The notes beneath the pieces were generated by a model. The model was not told the DNA's origin, made no database searches, and saw only the letters and a program-made list of their open reading frames with translations. The position numbers and the translations under genes are program-made. Shown in pieces: positions 36,021-48,789 of a stretch of DNA of 64,000 bases (its first letter is position 1; each line of letters begins with the position of its first letter). Source of the DNA: Squalus acanthias (lineage: Eukaryota). The stretch is taken from NCBI GenBank assembly GCA_030390025.1, contig CM059433.1, positions 434,001-498,000 on the forward strand. Reading direction: 5' to 3'.

Positions 36021-38034
36021 TCCTGTATTCGATCTTAAATGGAACTGATATGGGCACTTCAGCTCCACTTTGCTGCTATGATATAGAATTACAGTTTGGC
36101 TAATTGAATTAAAAAGACGAACAAAAGGCAGCATTAAATATACCTGGTCCAGGCGGCCTCTGATATTTCAAAATCGAAAGTAGACTCATCACAACAGGCA
36201 AATTTCTTGTTCTGTCTCAACAGCCTGATGATAAATATTAATTATTTCTAATATTCTGTGTGGAGGGGGGTGGGGGTAGAGATCTGCCCCAGCAGATTAC
36301 TAAATTTGTTATAATAGCCTGTGGGAATTTTATGTTCTAACAGGTAACTCCCACCCCCCCCCCCCCCCACCTCAACCTTTGTGAAACATTATATATGATC
36401 AAGCCTGCGCACCCATCAATTGTCACCAGGGAGAAGTTCTGGAGACAGTACACCTTAATGGCACAGACAGAATTGCTGGTTACATAGCAACAGATTGTAG
36501 AGATGTTAGAGTGAGAAGTGCTGAGCCACAGGAAAGTCAGGGTGACACTTCTGGATGGAATCAAGGTGTTTGGCAAAGGAATAGCAGGTGTAAAGAAGCA
36601 TAATTGGGGGTAGGTGTGTGATTCAGTTGGTTTATAATCAAAAGCACATTGCCAATGCTGCAGAGAAAAGTTCAGGAAGGGAAGGGAGGGGTTCCACGCA
36701 GCCCGGGACCGGCTTCTCCACGCGCAAAACTTGTAAATGGGTTTTGCACCCAAAAAAAATTAGGGGGATCATTGGTGAGAACAAGTTTAACCAGATGAAG
36801 GATGGAAACTGTTTGGGCTGCTGTTCAAGGAAGAAGTAAAGAGTCCAGAGACGGTCCTGGTGAGGGTAGGAAATATAGACTGACTGTACATCTGTGGCAA
36901 AAAGGGGACAATTGGCGATAGAGAATCGGAATTTGTGAAAATGGTGTAAGAGTTGTCAGATAAAGACTGATGGTAGATGGGTAAAGAATGGACACGAGGG
37001 TAAGGATGGAGTACAGAAAGCAGGAAAATAGCTTCTTTCTGTGCTCTTGTTCCATCAGTCAGTTTACCAGGACAGACCTGCTGTGTATTTCCAGGATTTT
37101 GTTTCTATTTTCTATTTCCAGCTTTTGCAGGTTTTTTTCCTTGTGCTAAATAGTATTCCATTCCATTCACTTAAGAAAATTATTCATATTTGATAAGGGT
37201 GTGTGTTTGTAGCAAGTGTTCAGGAGACCAGTATTGTATTTCACCATTCATGAACGTGTATCGAGGTTTCATCTGTCACTTATGCAAGATGTGCAAATCC
37301 TGCAGACCTGCTGTCTGGTCATCTCCTTACAACACATCTATCTTTGATTATTTTTTTCTTTTTGAATGTTATTCGTTTCTTAACCGCAATCATTTGTTTT
37401 TTATTAAACAGCTTTAATCTCAAATGCTGTAACCTGCTTAAAGCTCTGATGTCCAGTAAGTAATTAACATTTCCAAGCAATAGCTAGTTGAAAATATTTG
37501 ACCTATTTTGGCAATCTGTTCCTCTAAAATTAAAAAATCTTCTCTCCAGAGTACACATTTTAATGAGCCTTTTAAAGTCCTCCCACATATTACAGATATT
37601 TTATTTTCCTTTCTGGGCTACTCCATTATTCAGAAGGACTGCAGCTCTAGTGACACTGCAATTGTGCACCAATATTATAGGGTTCTGCATTTCCATTTTT
37701 TTTGCTCTTCAAGGTGAGGGATGTTAGTGTTGAAAATGGAACACTTTCTGTTTCAGGTACTCAGTGTCAGCATTAAACACTCCCAAGTCAGGTATAATAC
37801 AGCCAGATGCAGGGTAAAGCTCCCACTTCTCTGCCCCAACAATGCACCTCAGACCAAACCTCAGTAAAGCACCCCTTACTGCATCAGTGTGACATTTTGC
37901 ACATATCCTACATCTGCCATCTTGGGCCTGAATGAAATTGCCATTTATTTTTGAATTAGGAACAGTAGTAGATCCATGCCCACTAGGAACTAGATAAAAA
38001 TGTCACTCATTTCACATAGCAACAACCTGCATTT

Positions 38035-38311
38035 CAAGTAATTGGTAGAAGAATTAGAGGGGAGTTGAGGAGAACTTTTTTTCACCCAGGGTGTGGTGGG
38101 GGTCTGGAACTCACTGCCTGAAAGGGTGGTAGAGGTAGAAACCCTCATCACATTTAAAAGTATTTGGATATGCCCTTGAAGTGCCATAACCTATAGGGCT
38201 ACGGACCAAGAGCTGGAAAATGGGATTAGGCTGGATAGCTCTTTTTCTGCCGCACACACGATGGGCCGAATGGCCTCCTTCTGTGCCATAAATTTCTATG
38301 ATTTTATGATT
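38035..38311 (+). mobile_element. CR1 3' end inserted in a minus-strand L2 tail
   Basis: Reverse complement of the 905-1062/5446 family with a (ctatgatt)n tail. L2 sequence flanks it at 38015-38034 and 38312-38493. Confidence 0.85.
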
Positions 38312-38493
38312 TATGTAATGCCTTTAACATAGAGAAATGTCTGTGGGTACTTCAGAGGCAAAAGGAAAAATAGACGGCAAGTCATATTAGGAGATGTAAT
38401 CAAAAGCTTGGTCAAAGATGTGCACAAGAGACTAAAGTCATAGGAACAGAGTTCAAGGGAGGCTTGTAGAGCTGGAGAAGATTACAGAGGGGA

Positions 38494-39100
38494 TTACAGA
38501 GGCCGTCAGGACGGCCAGGAGCGCAGCGAACAGCCTATGTGTAAGGGAAGACACGCCCACAAAATCTGTCAAAACTAAGCCACGCCCACACAAATTTCTC
38601 TGTCTTTTACATTGAAAATACATTGTCAAAACTTATTTAAAATAAACTTCTAAAAACACAATTAAACTGGTATTTGGACTTATTTCATATCAGCATTTTG
38701 TTTTATTTTTTCATCCAAACTCACAATTTATTAGTCCCTATGTGTACAGGTTCCTGTTTAGAGGCATACGTGTAGTTCATCGAATGTAACAACTGATAAT
38801 TTGACACTTTACTACTAAAATATATAGTAGCATTCAGGCTTTAAAGATAAGGCTGAGTTCTTAAATACTGTGTACATGTCAATTCTGACAGTTATACTGA
38901 GGCTTGTGTGTCTACAATATGGGTCTGTAATAGTTTTCCCTTGCCAGTGAAGTCCCATTCCAGTTCCCTGTTAATTTATATCAGTAGTATTGCAGTCTTT
39001 ATAAAGTACAGATAATGTTGAGCATTCGCTGATGGTGTTATTACTACAGACCAAGAGGGTAACTGTAGTGCCGTTTCTTCCTCCTTTAGTTTACTTTTTC

Positions 39101-39152
<52 letters not shown>

Positions 39153-39544
39153 ATCTCTATCTCTGCTAGCTCATCTGTCTGTCGCTCAAGAACAAGTCTC
39201 TACCTGACAACCAACCCACACCCGGCATTCATCCAAAGTTTGCAGGCGATAACAACTCGTGCATAACGTGTCATTTACATAGCAGGAAAATAAAGCATAA
39301 CAAAACTAATTGTAACAAAGCACAATATATAAACATGGTATGGTATGTTTGTTTGTGTGTGAATGCATGTACGAATAACATCTGTGAGGCGTGTTAGATG
39401 TATTCAAATGATGATACTCAGTAAAGACAAATGTATTCTTTCTGTAAAAAAAAAAAGGCCTGTGTTCTTTAAACAATATCCAGCAAGTAAACACGTCATT
39501 TGTTACTAAGCAGTCACCTTGCCCAGCTTGTCAGGTAGAGAAAT
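38494..39544 (-). mobile_element. Unclassified ~1-kb non-autonomous element (Helentron/HINE- or Crypton-like layout)
   Basis: Perfect 14-bp inverted repeat at 39197-39210 / 39528-39541, (CT)n at 39106-39149 and a terminal hairpin ggccgtc-ag-gacggcc at 38501-38516. It interrupts an L2 remnant. Confidence 0.45.
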
Positions 39545-39547
39545 TTA

Positions 39548-39793
39548 ACAGGATATTTGGCTCCTACGCTTATTTTCAGCAACCATAAGAATTTCATCCG
39601 TAATTGCTGGGCAGTTAGCCCAACTCTGCGCCAACAATTGAGAGTTTCTCAGCGGTTCGGATGATCTGTCAAGGATCACAGATTCGGGATTTAACACATG
39701 CGCATGCGGAAATCCCGAACTTGCGGTGTATTTCAAAGGCGGTATGATGGCATACTCTGAGTACGCCGTCATACCCGCTGTAAAATCCGGGCC
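39548..39793. mobile_element. Degraded Harbinger-like MITE
   Basis: Ends gtaaaatccgggcc; the internal tgcgcatgcgg..gaacttgc resembles 52655-52690. Confidence 0.45.
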
Positions 39794-40029
39794 ATCAGCT
39801 TCGGTCTTCCTAGTGTTTAGTGGGAGGAACATTAGCCTGATCTAACACAAGATGCCAGACAGGCAGTCTTGACTGCACAGAGGTAGAAAGGGGTTGAAGA
39901 GGTGACTAAAAGATGCATCCTTGGAGAATCAGAGGTGACATTGTAGAAGTAGGAAAGGAAACCTATGCTAACTGCATTGTCTGGGATGTGGTGCCGGGAA
40001 GTTATAGTCCACATTAAACGTACGGAGTT

Positions 40030-40350
40030 CAGGTATAGCACAGGGCAGATGCAGAGTAAGGTTCTCTCCGCTCTGCCCCAGCAAGATATTTGACCCCGAT
40101 TTCAGGAGAACAACCTTTATTGTACCAGCTATCCTAGTGCGTTCACTGAGTAAGATTACCAGTTATTACCAAATTAAAGGCAGTTTTATGTTCGAGTCCT
40201 GACCCACTGGAGACTGGCATGAGACAGGCCAAACTCATTTAACATTGGAATTTTATGGCCATGAGAGAGAGTGAGATTTCATCTCATTAATCTGGGTGAA
40301 ATGAAATGTGGATCCTAGAGGTAAAATATTAGTGTGTTAATCCACTATGG
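40030..40350 (-). mobile_element. Degraded LF-SINE-like SINE
   Basis: The reverse complement contains cctctaggatcc and tgttaaatgagtttgg, plus a tail actctgcatctg..gtgctatacctg. Confidence 0.45.
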
Positions 40351-40446
40351 TATCCACTCCCTCACTTCAGGTACTACTTTTCTAGTGATGTAAAACATCA
40401 ACTATAAACTGTCCCACCAAACCTAAAAATCAATGAATTAAACAGT

Positions 40447-41379
40447 TAGAATCATTGAATCATGGTAACAGCACAGAGGGAGGCCTTTCGGCCTGTCAAG
40501 CCCATGCCAGCTCTCTGTAAGAGCACTTCAGCTAGTCCCACTCCCCCGCCCTTTCCCCGTAGCCCTGCAATTTTTTTCCTTCAGGTACTTATCCAACTCC
40601 CTTTTGAAAGCTACGATTGAATCTGCCTCCACCACTCTTTCAGGCAGTGCATTCCACATCCTAACCACTTGCTGTGTAAAAAAGTTTTTCCTCATGTCGC
40701 CTTTGGTTCTTCTGCCAATCACCTTAAATCTGTTTCCTCTGGTTCTCGACCCTTCTGCCAATGGGAACAGTTTCTCTCTATCTACTCTGTCTAGACCCCT
40801 CGTGATTTTGAACACCTGTATCAAATCTCCTCTCAACCTTCTCTGCTCTAAGGAGAACAACCCCAGTTTCTCTAGTCTATCGACATAACTGAAGTCCCTC
40901 ATCCCTGGAACCATTCTTGTAAATCTTTTCTGCACCCTGTCTAAGGCCTTCACATCCTTCCTAAAGTACAGTGCCCAGAATTGGACACAGTACTCCAGTT
41001 GAGGCCGAACCAGTGTTTTATACAGGTTTATCATAACTTCCTTGCTTTTGTGCTCTGTCTCTATTTATGAAGCCCAGGATCCTGTGTGCTTTTTTAACCG
41101 GTTTCTCAACCTGCCCTGCCACCTTCAACGATTTGTGCACATATACCCCCAGCTCTCTCTGTTCATGCAGCCCCTTTAGGATTGTACCCTTTATTTTATA
41201 TTGTCTCTGCTCGTTCTTCCTACCAAAATGTATCACTTCGTACTTTTCTGCGTTAAATTTCATCTGCCACATGTCCACCCATTCCACCAGCCTGTCTATG
41301 TCCTCTTGAAGTCTATCACTCTCCTCCTCATTGTTCACTATACTTACAAGTTTTGTGTCATCTGCAAATTTTGAAATTC
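40447..41379 (-). mobile_element. CR1 LINE 3' fragment
   Basis: ORFs 40528-41034 and 41018-41380 (FADDTKL, LYKTLVRPQLEYC); 3'UTR shared with 60070-60500. Confidence 0.9.
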
Positions 41380-42147
41380 TCCAGCTTTTGAATAGTTCTG
41401 GCCTATATGTCATCCATTGGTATAATGGGGAGGAATTGACTTGCTGTAAAAGAAAAGATATTCTCAACCTTTCTGGTAATGTTTTTGTTTATAATATTCT
41501 TAAAAACTTGGTGAATTAAAATTTAGCATTTTGACTGGCAGTCATTTTTCATGCAAATATAATGTGTATTTAAGCTTTATATAAAACTGTAAGTGGCACA
41601 TTATGATGAAAGATCTCTCTTTTTTCCATTATGCACTGCATAATAAAATGAGGCAGCTTGGACTTGATGCTTTAATATCTATGGCAGTAAATGCTATTAT
41701 ATTGGAAAGGATGATTATTGCTGAAGACTACATCTTGTAGATGCTAACTCATGAAATTCAGATTAACCTCAATGTTAAACAGCTTAAGGGGTTTCTTGAT
41801 GGATCACTTAGCTGTGTGGCATTGTGGGTGGATTAGAATGGATTAATTACAGTAAAATATACAAGTGCTGAGTGCAACTGCTTCATACATGATTCAGTTA
41901 AAATGTTTAAATGGGTACGCATCCACAATTCCTTTCCCCAGTGTTGTAGCCTTAGGTGTGACACATAGGGAAGACCCAGTGGAGGTGTGGAACTTACCCA
42001 GAAGAAGAAAAAATATGAAGTAAAATTCCAATCACTCTCCTACACCTTCATATTATTGGTTCAAAAACATTACAGCCCCAGGAACCGTTTGTTTTCCTAA
42101 CCACTAATGGGTCAGAACAGTGGGATTCATTGTAGTGTGACAGAAAG

Positions 42148-43132
42148 TAGAATCATAAAATCATACAGCACAGAAGGAGGCCATTCGGCCCATCGTGTCT
42201 GTGCTGGCTCTTTGAAAGAGCTCTCCAATTAGTCCCACTCCCCTGCACTTTCCCCATAACCTTGCAAAATTTTCATTTTCGACTATATATCCAATTACCT
42301 TTTGAAAGTTACTATTGAATCTGCTTGCACCACGCTTTCAGGCCGTGCATTCCAGATCATAACAACTCAGTGTATATAAAAAAAAAAATAATAATTCTCC
42401 TCAACTCCCTTCTGGTTCTTTTGCCAGTTACCTTAAATCTGTGTCCTTAAGTTACCAACCCTCCTGCCAGTGGAAACAGTTTCTCCTTTTTTACTCTATC
42501 AAAACTCTCATAACTTTGAACACCTATTACATCTCTCCTTAATGTACACTGCTCTAAGGAGAACAATCTCTGCTTCTCTAGTCTCTCTGAAGTCCCTCAT
42601 CGCTGGTATTCTTCTGGTAAATCTCCTCTGTACCCTCTCCAAGGCCTTAACATCCTTCCTAAAGTGTGGTGCCTAGAATTAGACATATTACTTGCTCCAG
42701 CTGAGGCCTAACAAAATTATTACAGGGCTTGATAGGATGGATGCTGGGAGAATGTTTCCCTTGGCTGGGGAGTCTAGAACCAGGGGCCACAGCCTCAAGA
42801 TAAAGGGTAGGCCATTCAGGACTGAGATGAGAAGAAATTTCTTCACACAGAGGGTGGTGAATCTTTGGAATTCTCTACCCCAGAGGGCTGTGGAGGCTCA
42901 GTCATTGGGTATTTTCAAAACCGAAGTCGATAGATTTCTGACTGGTAAGGGCATCAAGGGATATGGCGATAGGGCCGGTGAATGGAGTTGAGGCAGAAGA
43001 TCAGCCATGATCTCCTTGAATGGCGGAGCAGGCTCGAAGGGCCGAATGGCCTACTCCTGCTCCTATTTTTTATGTTCTTTATGTTTATGTTCTAACCAGT
43101 GATTTAAAAAGGTTTATCATAACTTCCTTGCT
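42148..43132 (-). mobile_element. CR1 3' fragment interrupted by an opposite-strand CR1
   Basis: (tagaatca)n tail; the host rejoins as ggcctaac|cagtg. Confidence 0.85.
42713..43091 (+). mobile_element. Young short CR1 3' insertion with 5-bp TSD ctaac
   Basis: TSD at 42708-12 and 43092-96; near-identical to 1-237. Confidence 0.9.
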
Positions 43133-44228
43133 TAGGGAAGTAGGTAATAGAAAATCTTTGAAAACAATTAGTTTTTCAGGGGACTGTACGTTTACTGTAC
43201 TTTCATCTCTGGGACCTGGGTTAAGTCCAGCCGAGACCTCTGTCTGCAACTATAAAGGTCCTATGTGAAGTGAGGTTGGACAGTTCCTGGTGGAGGTGGG
43301 TCCACAACACAAAACTGATCAAATTTCTGCATTAATTGACAATCTCACTCAAGAAAGCGAGATGTTTGTTGGGAGAAAAAAACCCACTACTGTACATTGA
43401 TGTGATAGGAAATTAGAGATGCATGTAACAAAGGTACTACAGTAATCATGGGTGACTTTAATCTACATATAGACTGGCCAAACCAAATTAGCATTAATAC
43501 TGTGGAGGATGAATTCCTGGAGTGTGTACGAGATGTTTTATTAGACCAGTACGTTGAGGAGCCAACTAGGGAACAGGCTATCCTAGATTGGGTATTGTGC
43601 AATGAGAAGGGGTTAATTAATAATCTTGTTGTGCGGGGTCCTTTAGGGAAGAGTGACCATAACATGATAGAATTCTTCATTAAGATGGAAAGTGAAGAAG
43701 TCCAATCCGAAACTAGGGTCCTAAATCTATACAAAGGAAACTGCGATGGTATGAGGAGTGAGTTGGCTATGATAGATTGGGGAGCTTCATTAAAAGGCAT
43801 GACGGTGGATAGGCAATGGTTAACATTTAAGGAATTAATGCATGAATTGCAACAGTTATACATTCCTTTCCGGCGCAAAAACACAAAAGGAAAAGCAGCC
43901 CAACCATGGCTAACAAAAGAAATTAAGGATATTACAGGAAACTTTCGTTTATCCGGCATCGACGGGACCGGCGTGGTGCTGGTTTATCGAAAGTACCGGA
44001 TAACGGAGAGTTATATCTACAGAGGCTATTTTTAACCTAAAAAATTTAGAAATGTGCAGTATACAGTATTTGGGTACTCACCTACAGAATGTTGTGTTAA
44101 ATGGATGGTGGAAGATGCTTGATTAAGTACAGTACTGCCAGTTGAGGGTAATCCATAACTCTTTAATTACTTAACAGTAAAACAAAACTTATAAACGACT
44201 GTCTACAGTACTGTAGTTGACTGTACAC

Positions 44229-45986
44229 TTATACCGAGTCATCTGGTTCATCAGAAATATCCGTGCCAGCTGGGTCATCAGGATCACGCAGTTCCACCGA
44301 TTCTTCAGGCACTTCCGCTGCTGCGACTCTTTTGGAAGCTTTCTTAAACATGTTGCGGATGTCGGTTTGCTTAGTGGACTCTTGCCTTTTCTGTAGAAAG
44401 GTGGAATGCAGAATATGGAGTTGCATAACTTCTTGTGCAGTGTAGCAATTCTGCCTTTCAGCAAATTTGAGGATTGTAGAAAATCCTTCTGCAGCTTTAG
44501 CCCAAGAAATCTTCTCTTCTTCAGAAATCTCATCCTCTTCACTTTCCATCTCGCTTTCCTTTTCTTTCTTTGGATTCAAAACATTCTGAATTATTTCATC
44601 ATCACTTAGCATATGCACAACACCAACTTCTCTATCTGCATCAACCCACTGCTCGATATCACTTTCACTGAGGTGACGTAGAGGGTTTGCTGGGCCTGCA
44701 TTTTTCACCATTCCAGCCATTTCCATTATTGTACTCTTCTTGGGACGAACACTGAACCCATGAAATTCCTCCTCTGAAGAAGAACCTTCAGCAAACATTA
44801 CAGAAGGCCACAATTTGCGCCAGGCTTGCCTCAGAGTGTGACCTTTCACCAATTTCCAGGAACATGCAACATTATAGATGGCATCTTTAATATTGTATTC
44901 CTTCTGCAAATCTTGAATATTCTCATCTTGGCTTAGCAGTTTACGTAGGAAGTCTTTCTTGTAATGACACTTCAGATTTTGGATAACGCCCTGGTCCATG
45001 GGTTGGATGAGAGAAGTTACATTTGGTGGCAAATAAATGGTGAAAATATTTCCCGAAACCAACTGGGATTCATGCGGATGGGCTCTGCAATTATCAAGCA
45101 ATAAAATGCATTTGCTATCTTCAGGTTTCCCTATTCTGCGGAAATGTTCCTTCACAGATGGAACAAAAATATGATGGAACCAATCGGAGAAGATTTCCTT
45201 ATCCATCCAAGCATTTTTTTGAGCTTTGTACTCAACAGGTAAGTGCCTCACATTTTTAAATGCACGGGGATTTTTATACTTCCCGATAACAAGAAGTTTA
45301 ACCCGGTGTGATCCAGCAGCGTTCGCACATGTTAGCACGGTTACACGATCTTTATTTTTCTTGTAACCTGAAGCATTAGCCTCACTAGCCCCAGCAAGCG
45401 TTGATTCTGGCAAAAACCTCCAAAACAAGCCAGTTTCATCGGCATTGTAGATCTGTGCTGGCGACAAATCATGTTGCTGCACAATCCGATTGAAATAATT
45501 GCAGTATTCTTCTGCGGCTTCGTGATCAGCTGATTTCTTCTCCCCGGAAATATCGAGTCGTCGTATCCCGTGCCGTAACTTGAAGCACGTTAGCCATCCA
45601 TCGGAGAAAGCACACTTGTCAGTGAGCTCCATCCTATCGTAGAATTCCTTCGCTTTCTCGATGAGCATGGGTCCGGAAATTGGAACACCCTCTGAACGCT
45701 TAAGAGAAAACCATTCATAAAGCACGGTATCCAGCTCTTCAAGCTTAGGCTTACGAAGCGTACGCCGTTTCTCTACACTCTTGCATGTCTCCGAGCTTGA
45801 ATAAAACTTGAGCAGCTTATCCTTCTGCGATTTGATGTCGTAGATTGTTGACGAACCGATTTTGAATTCATTCATAATGTTGATACGCTTCTCTCCCCTT
45901 TCTAGTCGTTGGCATATCTCGATTTTCTGTTTTAAAGTTAAGACCACTCTCTTCCTTTTGCTTGGACCAGCTTTTGGGAATTCCAT
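44229..45986 (-). CDS. Tigger/pogo transposase (JRK/TIGD-like), 585 aa from the first ATG
   Basis: N-terminal psq/CENP-B HTH ([30 protein letters not shown]). DDE_1 triad YNADETG / LLLDNCRAH / QPMDQG with 32 residues between D2 and D3. Acidic C-terminus; no stops. Confidence 0.95.
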   Translation of the reverse strand: MEFPKAGPSKRKRVVLTLKQKIEICQRLERGEKRINIMNEFKIGSSTIYDIKSQKDKLLKFYSSSETCKSVEKRRTLRKPKLEELDTVLYEWFSLKRSEGVPISGPMLIEKAKEFYDRMELTDKCAFSDGWLTCFKLRHGIRRLDISGEKKSADHEAAEEYCNYFNRIVQQHDLSPAQIYNADETGLFWRFLPESTLAGASEANASGYKKNKDRVTVLTCANAAGSHRVKLLVIGKYKNPRAFKNVRHLPVEYKAQKNAWMDKEIFSDWFHHIFVPSVKEHFRRIGKPEDSKCILLLDNCRAHPHESQLVSGNIFTIYLPPNVTSLIQPMDQGVIQNLKCHYKKDFLRKLLSQDENIQDLQKEYNIKDAIYNVACSWKLVKGHTLRQAWRKLWPSVMFAEGSSSEEEFHGFSVRPKKSTIMEMAGMVKNAGPANPLRHLSESDIEQWVDADREVGVVHMLSDDEIIQNVLNPKKEKESEMESEEDEISEEEKISWAKAAEGFSTILKFAERQNCYTAQEVMQLHILHSTFLQKRQESTKQTDIRNMFKKASKRVAAAEVPEESVELRDPDDPAGTDISDEPDDSV

Positions 45987-46039
45987 AATGCAAGATGCCG
46001 ATGAAGATGGAAAGACACACAGAACAATGGTGGCTAGGA

Positions 46040-46310
46040 AGAGACTACCAGCAGCGTGGCAGACACACAGCAAAATGGTGGATCAGAAGAGACTACAGTA
46101 CCAGCAGCGTGGCAGACACACAGTAAAATGGTGTATCAGAAGAGACTACAGTACCAGCAGCGTGGGAGACACACAGCAAAATGGTGGATCAGAAGAGACT
46201 ACAGTACCAGCAGCGTGGCAGACACACAGTAAAATGGTGGATCAGAAGAGACTACAGTACCAGCATCGTGGGAGACACCCAGCAAAATGGCCGATCCGAA
46301 GAGACTCCAG
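46040..46310. repeat. 53-bp tandem repeat (about 5 copies) upstream of the Tigger transposase
   Basis: Unit gatcagaagagactacagtaccagcagcgtggcagacacacagtaaaatggtg at 46081, 46134, 46187 and 46240, plus partial units. Confidence 0.92.
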
Positions 46311-48789
46311 GCAGCGCGGGAGAATCTACTCATGCTACTGCAATGTTTCGGACTTGCGACAGCGCCAGGAGGCCGAGTAGTGGCACTTTTGAAAAGTACC
46401 CCTACTGACTAAATTGGCGTTCGCGGACTCGGACTCGGACTCGGGATCGGCAACATTGCCGGTTATTTGAGAGGAGTTTTCGGAGCACTCGGCGTTCGCG
46501 GAGACTCAACTGCGACTCGGCAACATTGCCGGTTATTTGAGAGGAGTTTTCGGAGGATGATTTTTGCCGGTTAAGCGAGAATTCCGGTTATTTGGGTGCC
46601 GGATAAACGAAAGTTTCCTGTATTAGGTCCAAAGAGGAGTCATATAAAGTTGCCAGAAAAAGTAGCAAGCCTGAGGATTGGGAGCAGTTTAGAGTTCAGC
46701 AAAAAAGGACCAAGAGATTGATCAAGAGGGGAAAAATAGAGTATGAGAGTAAACTTGCAAGGAACATAAAAGCGGATTGTAAAAGCTTCTACAAGTATGT
46801 AAAAAGAAAAAGATTAGTGAAGACAAATGTAGGTCCCTTACAGTCAGAAACGGGAGAATTTATAATGGGGAACAAGGAAATGGCAGGGCAATTAAACAAA
46901 TACTTTGGTTCTGTCTTCACGGAAGAGGACACAGATAACTTCCCAGAAGTGCTAGGGAACCAAGGGTCTAGTGAGAAGGAGGAATTAAAGGAAATTAGTA
47001 TTAGTAAAATAAATAGTGCTAGAGAAATTAATGGGACTGAAAGCTGAGAAATCCCCAGGGCCTGATAATCTACATCCCAGAGTACTAAAAGAGGTAGCCA
47101 TGGAAATAGTAGATGTATTGGTTGTCATCTTCCAAAATTCTATAGATTATGGAACAGTTCCTGCAGTTTGGAGGGTGGCAAATGTAACCCCACTATTTAA
47201 AAAAGGAGGGTGAGAGAAAACAGGGAACTACAGACCGGTTAGCCTAACATTAGTATTAGGGAAAATGCTAGAGTCTATTATAAAGGATGTGATAACAGGA
47301 CACTTAGAAAATATCAACGGGATTAGACAAAGTCAACATGGATTTATGAAAGGGAAATAGTGTTTGACAAACTTACTGGAGTTTTTTGAGGATGCAACTG
47401 GTAGAATAGCTAAGGGAGAACCAGTGGATGTGGTGTAATTGGATTTTCAGAAGACCTTTGATAAAGTCCCACATAAGAGGTTAGTGTGCAAAATTGAAGC
47501 ATATGGGATTGGGGGTAATATACTGGCATGGATTGAAAATTGGTTAACAGACAGGAAACAGAGAGTAGGAATAAATGGGTCTTTTTCGGGGTGGCAGGCG
47601 GTGACTAGTGGGGTACCGCAGGGATCAGTGCTTGGGCCCCAGCTATTCACAATATATATCAATGATTTGGATGAGGGAACCAAATGTAATATTTCCAAGT
47701 TTGCTGACGACACGAAACTAGGTGGGATTGTGAGTTGTGAGGAGGATGCAAAGAGGCTTCAAGGCGATTTAGACAAGTTGAGTGAGTGGGCAAATACATG
47801 GCAGATGCAGTATAACGTGGATAAATGTGAAGTTATCCACTTCAGTAGGAAAAACAGAGAGGCAGAGTATTATTTAAATGGTGATAGATTGGGAAATGTT
47901 GATGTACAGAGGGACTTGGGTGTCCTTGTACACCAGTCACTGAAAGCAAACATGCATGTGCAGCAAGCAGTTAGGAAGGCAAATGGTATGTTGGCCTTCA
48001 TTGCAAGAGGATTTGAGTACAGGAGCAAGGATGTCTTACTACAGTTATACAGGGCCTTGGTGAGACCACACCTGGAGTACTGTGTGCAGTTTTGGTCTCC
48101 TTACCTAAGAAACGATATACTTGCCATAGAGGGAGTGCAGCGAAGGTTCACCAGACTGATTCCTGGGACGGCAGGACTGTTGCATGAGCAGAGATTGGGT
48201 CGACTAGGCCTGTATTCACTAGAGTTTAGAAGAATGAGAGGAGATCTCATACGTATAAAATTCTGACAGGGCTAGACAGACTGGATGCAGAAAGGATTTT
48301 TCCCCTGGCTGGGGGGTCTAGAACGAGGGGTCACAGTCTAAGGATACGGGGTAGGACATTTAGGATTGAGATGAGGAGAAATTTCTTCACTCAGAGGGTG
48401 GTGAACCTGTGGAATTCTCTACCACAGAAGGCTGTGGAGGCCAAGTCACTGAATATATTTAAGGAGGAGATAGATAGATTTCTGGACACAAAAGGCATCA
48501 AGGAGTCTGGGGAGAGCGCGGGAATATGGTATTAAGATAGAGGATCAGCCATGATATTGAATGGCGGAGCAGGCTCGAAGGGCCGAATGGCCTACTCCTC
48601 CTATTTTTCTATGTTTCTATGGGAATGTTCTTTTGAGGTTACTGAACACAGTGAATTGGCTTTACACTGAAGCTAACTGGTATACCTGAGCTGGGAGTAC
48701 TTGACGCTGACACTGGGTGAAAAAACGGGAAAGTGTTCCATTCCTCAGCATTAACATCTCTCAACTCGAGTATGACAATTTGAAAATAA

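Larger units (their letters stand above)
43935..46620 (-). mobile_element. Full-length Tigger/pogo (Tc1/mariner superfamily) DNA transposon, 2686 bp
   Basis: Perfect 24-bp TIRs caggaaactttcgtttatccggca; TA TSD (43933-34, 46621-22); intact transposase ORF. Confidence 0.97.
43405..48621 (+). mobile_element. 5'-truncated CR1 LINE (43405-43934 plus 46623-48621) interrupted by Tigger
   Basis: APE fragment MGDFNL..KSDHN, RT fragments 46718-48266 and a CR1 3'UTR with (ttctatgt)n. Confidence 0.92.
43190..48720 (+). mobile_element. LF-SINE-like SINE split into 43190-43404 and 48622-48720 by a CR1 carrying a Tigger
   Basis: ctttcatctctgggacctgggtt..ggtcctatgtgaagtgagg..cagttcctggtgga..ccacaacacaaaac. 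The tail resumes after the CR1 (ctgggagtacttgacgctgacactggg). Confidence 0.55.

Noticed and set aside
36500..37140. Degraded Penelope/Poseidon element
   Set aside because: Only a short 3'-end-like motif (acctgctg..tatttccag, 37077-37130) is suggestive; too decayed to delimit.
44229..46073. Domesticated host gene (JRK/JRKL/TIGD) and the 614-aa start call
   Set aside because: It is flanked by perfect TIRs and a TA TSD inside a CR1 and has a MITE derivative, so it is a transposon. The extension upstream of ATG 45986 starts at a non-ATG codon in the repeat.
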